Source: Callorhinchus milii
Lineage: Eukaryota
Assembly: GCF_018977255.1 (NCBI RefSeq)
Contig: NW_024704742.1
Span: 71,426,001 to 71,490,000 of the forward strand
DNA length: 64,000 nt
Direction: 5' to 3'
Shown one piece after another: positions 62,401-64,000 of this stretch. A model generated the notes under the pieces. That model worked only from the letters and a program-made list of their open reading frames with translations, did no database searches and was not told the origin of the DNA. Positions within the stretch are counted from its first letter, which is position 1. Each line of letters starts with the position of its first letter. The position numbers were made by a program, and so were the translations under genes.

Positions 62401-63334
62401 ATCACGTTTTAAAGGGTCTCCAAACCAGACTGAGATCCACACATTTATTCCATCTTCACAGTTTTCCTGGTGTCTGGAATGGAATGTGCATTCGCTCCCT
62501 GGATCCCGCTTACCTAATTCCAGAGAGTCTCGGTTCGCAAGAGTAGAATCTAGGGAACCCAGTGTGCTTTGGCCATCAAGAGCACTATGTGGCAAGTTTG
62601 CCACTGCCCATTCAGCTAGAACCACCCTACCAGCGTGCAGGGTTAACAGGAGCTAAATGGGAAGAATAACTGGCTTTAATGACTGGTCTGCTCCACTAAG
62701 TCCTGCCGATGAGCCAGGCTGGGCCGTCATCAACACTTGCTCAAGAACTGATCGAGACCGTCACAGAAGATCGACTCAATTCCAATATTCTGTTGCCAAA
62801 TGCTTCTAAGAGACCCCGGCTAGTCCCCACCCCAAAAGAACAGTATAGAGGCACCCAAAACTGGAATGAAAGTAATTCTATGGATAGTAAACAAAAACAC
62901 TCCTCCCTTCAAGAGTCTCTGGCAGCAAAATAGCCAAAGGCAGCTGAAGTTCTCTGCTGAAATTCTCAGCCATCTGACTGAATAGCAAAAGGAAGCAGTG
63001 GGCTGCACTGTTGACAGACAACGAACAGACTTTTCTGGAATGAATCTGGCCTCAGTACTGCCAGTATAAAAATAAGCAAGATCGGACTGAGCTTATTAAA
63101 ACAGCCCTGGCTCAGACTGGAATGCAATCTTGTACCCCAACTAATCTTGACCAGTGATGGCCATCCCATGGCCTGTGGGCCGGAAGGGGCCCCTCTGAAC
63201 AATCACTCCAGTCCAGTCCAAGCGAATCCATTCCAAATCAATGCCTTGTTTCCTGTAGCTACTGAGCGACAATGTCATGAATAAAGAAATATTCAATCAA
63301 GAAAATGTATTTTGTTGGTAGACCAAAAAGGTTA

Positions 63335-63845
63335 ACATAACATGTAGGAGTAGGCCATTCGGCCCTTCGACCCTGCCCCGCCATTCAATCATGGCTGATC
63401 TTCTAATCTAACTCCAGCTAATAACCTGACCCTGCCTTATCCCCATATCCCTTAATCCCTTTTGCAATAAGAAATCTATATCTCAGTCTTGAATATGTGC
63501 AAGGACTGAGCGTCAACAGCCCTTTGGGGTAGCGAGTTCCATACATTCACCACCGTTTGAGTGAAGAAGTTCTTCCTCAACTCAGTGCGAAAGGGCTGAC
63601 CTCTGATTTTAAGGTTGTGACCCCTGGTTTTAGTTTCTCCAACCAGGGGAAACAATCTCCCACTATCTACTCTATCATACCCTTTGATAATCTTATAGGT
63701 TTCTATAAGATCCCCTCTAATTCTTCTATATTCTAGAGAATATAGACCCAAATTGGTCAGCCTATCCTCGTAACTCATCCCCTTCATCCCTGGTACTAAC
63801 CAAGTAAATCTACGCTGCACCCCATCCAAAGCAAGTACATCCACT
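63335..63845 (-). mobile_element. CR1-clade LINE 3' end
   Basis: VQRRFTWLVPGMKGMSYEDRL, RRIRGDLIETYKI, FFTQTVVNVWNSLP. Confidence 0.92.
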
Positions 63846-64000
63846 GTTGGCCACCACTGTTACATTAAAGTCAGTGTAGAATTATTCAGATGGAAACTGG
63901 ATAACTATCTAAGCAGTAAACATATTAAGGGACTTGGGGAGATATCTGGAGAGTGGGATTGGTATGAGGTCAACAATACAGGTAGCTTTGACTAAGACAT

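Overview
Repeat-rich vertebrate genomic DNA. The CR1, L2 and Deu-type tRNA-SINE content points to a cartilaginous fish, possibly a chimaera. Three spliced genes can be built by hand from splice sites. (1) A complete 10-exon N-acetylglucosamine kinase gene (NAGK, + strand, CDS 10540-26079, 350 aa). (2) An unrecognised gene with 9 coding exons (+ strand, 33594-44224, about 296 aa) carrying three TTYxDxF/Y repeats that resemble the Mn motifs of SAXO-type axonemal microtubule inner proteins; this is the most interesting item. (3) The whole coding part of a PAIP2B-like gene (- strand, 56440-50586, 123 aa) with a GC-AG intron and a long, repeat-poor 3' UTR containing a 22-bp perfect inverted repeat. 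The rest is L2, CR1 and SINE fragments, an R4/Dong-type retroelement fossil, an unidentified ~480-bp retroposon family and large low-complexity tracts. Most ORFs in the supplied track are repeat artefacts. Comparisons with human proteins and loci are from memory, not from alignments, and repeat boundaries are approximate.
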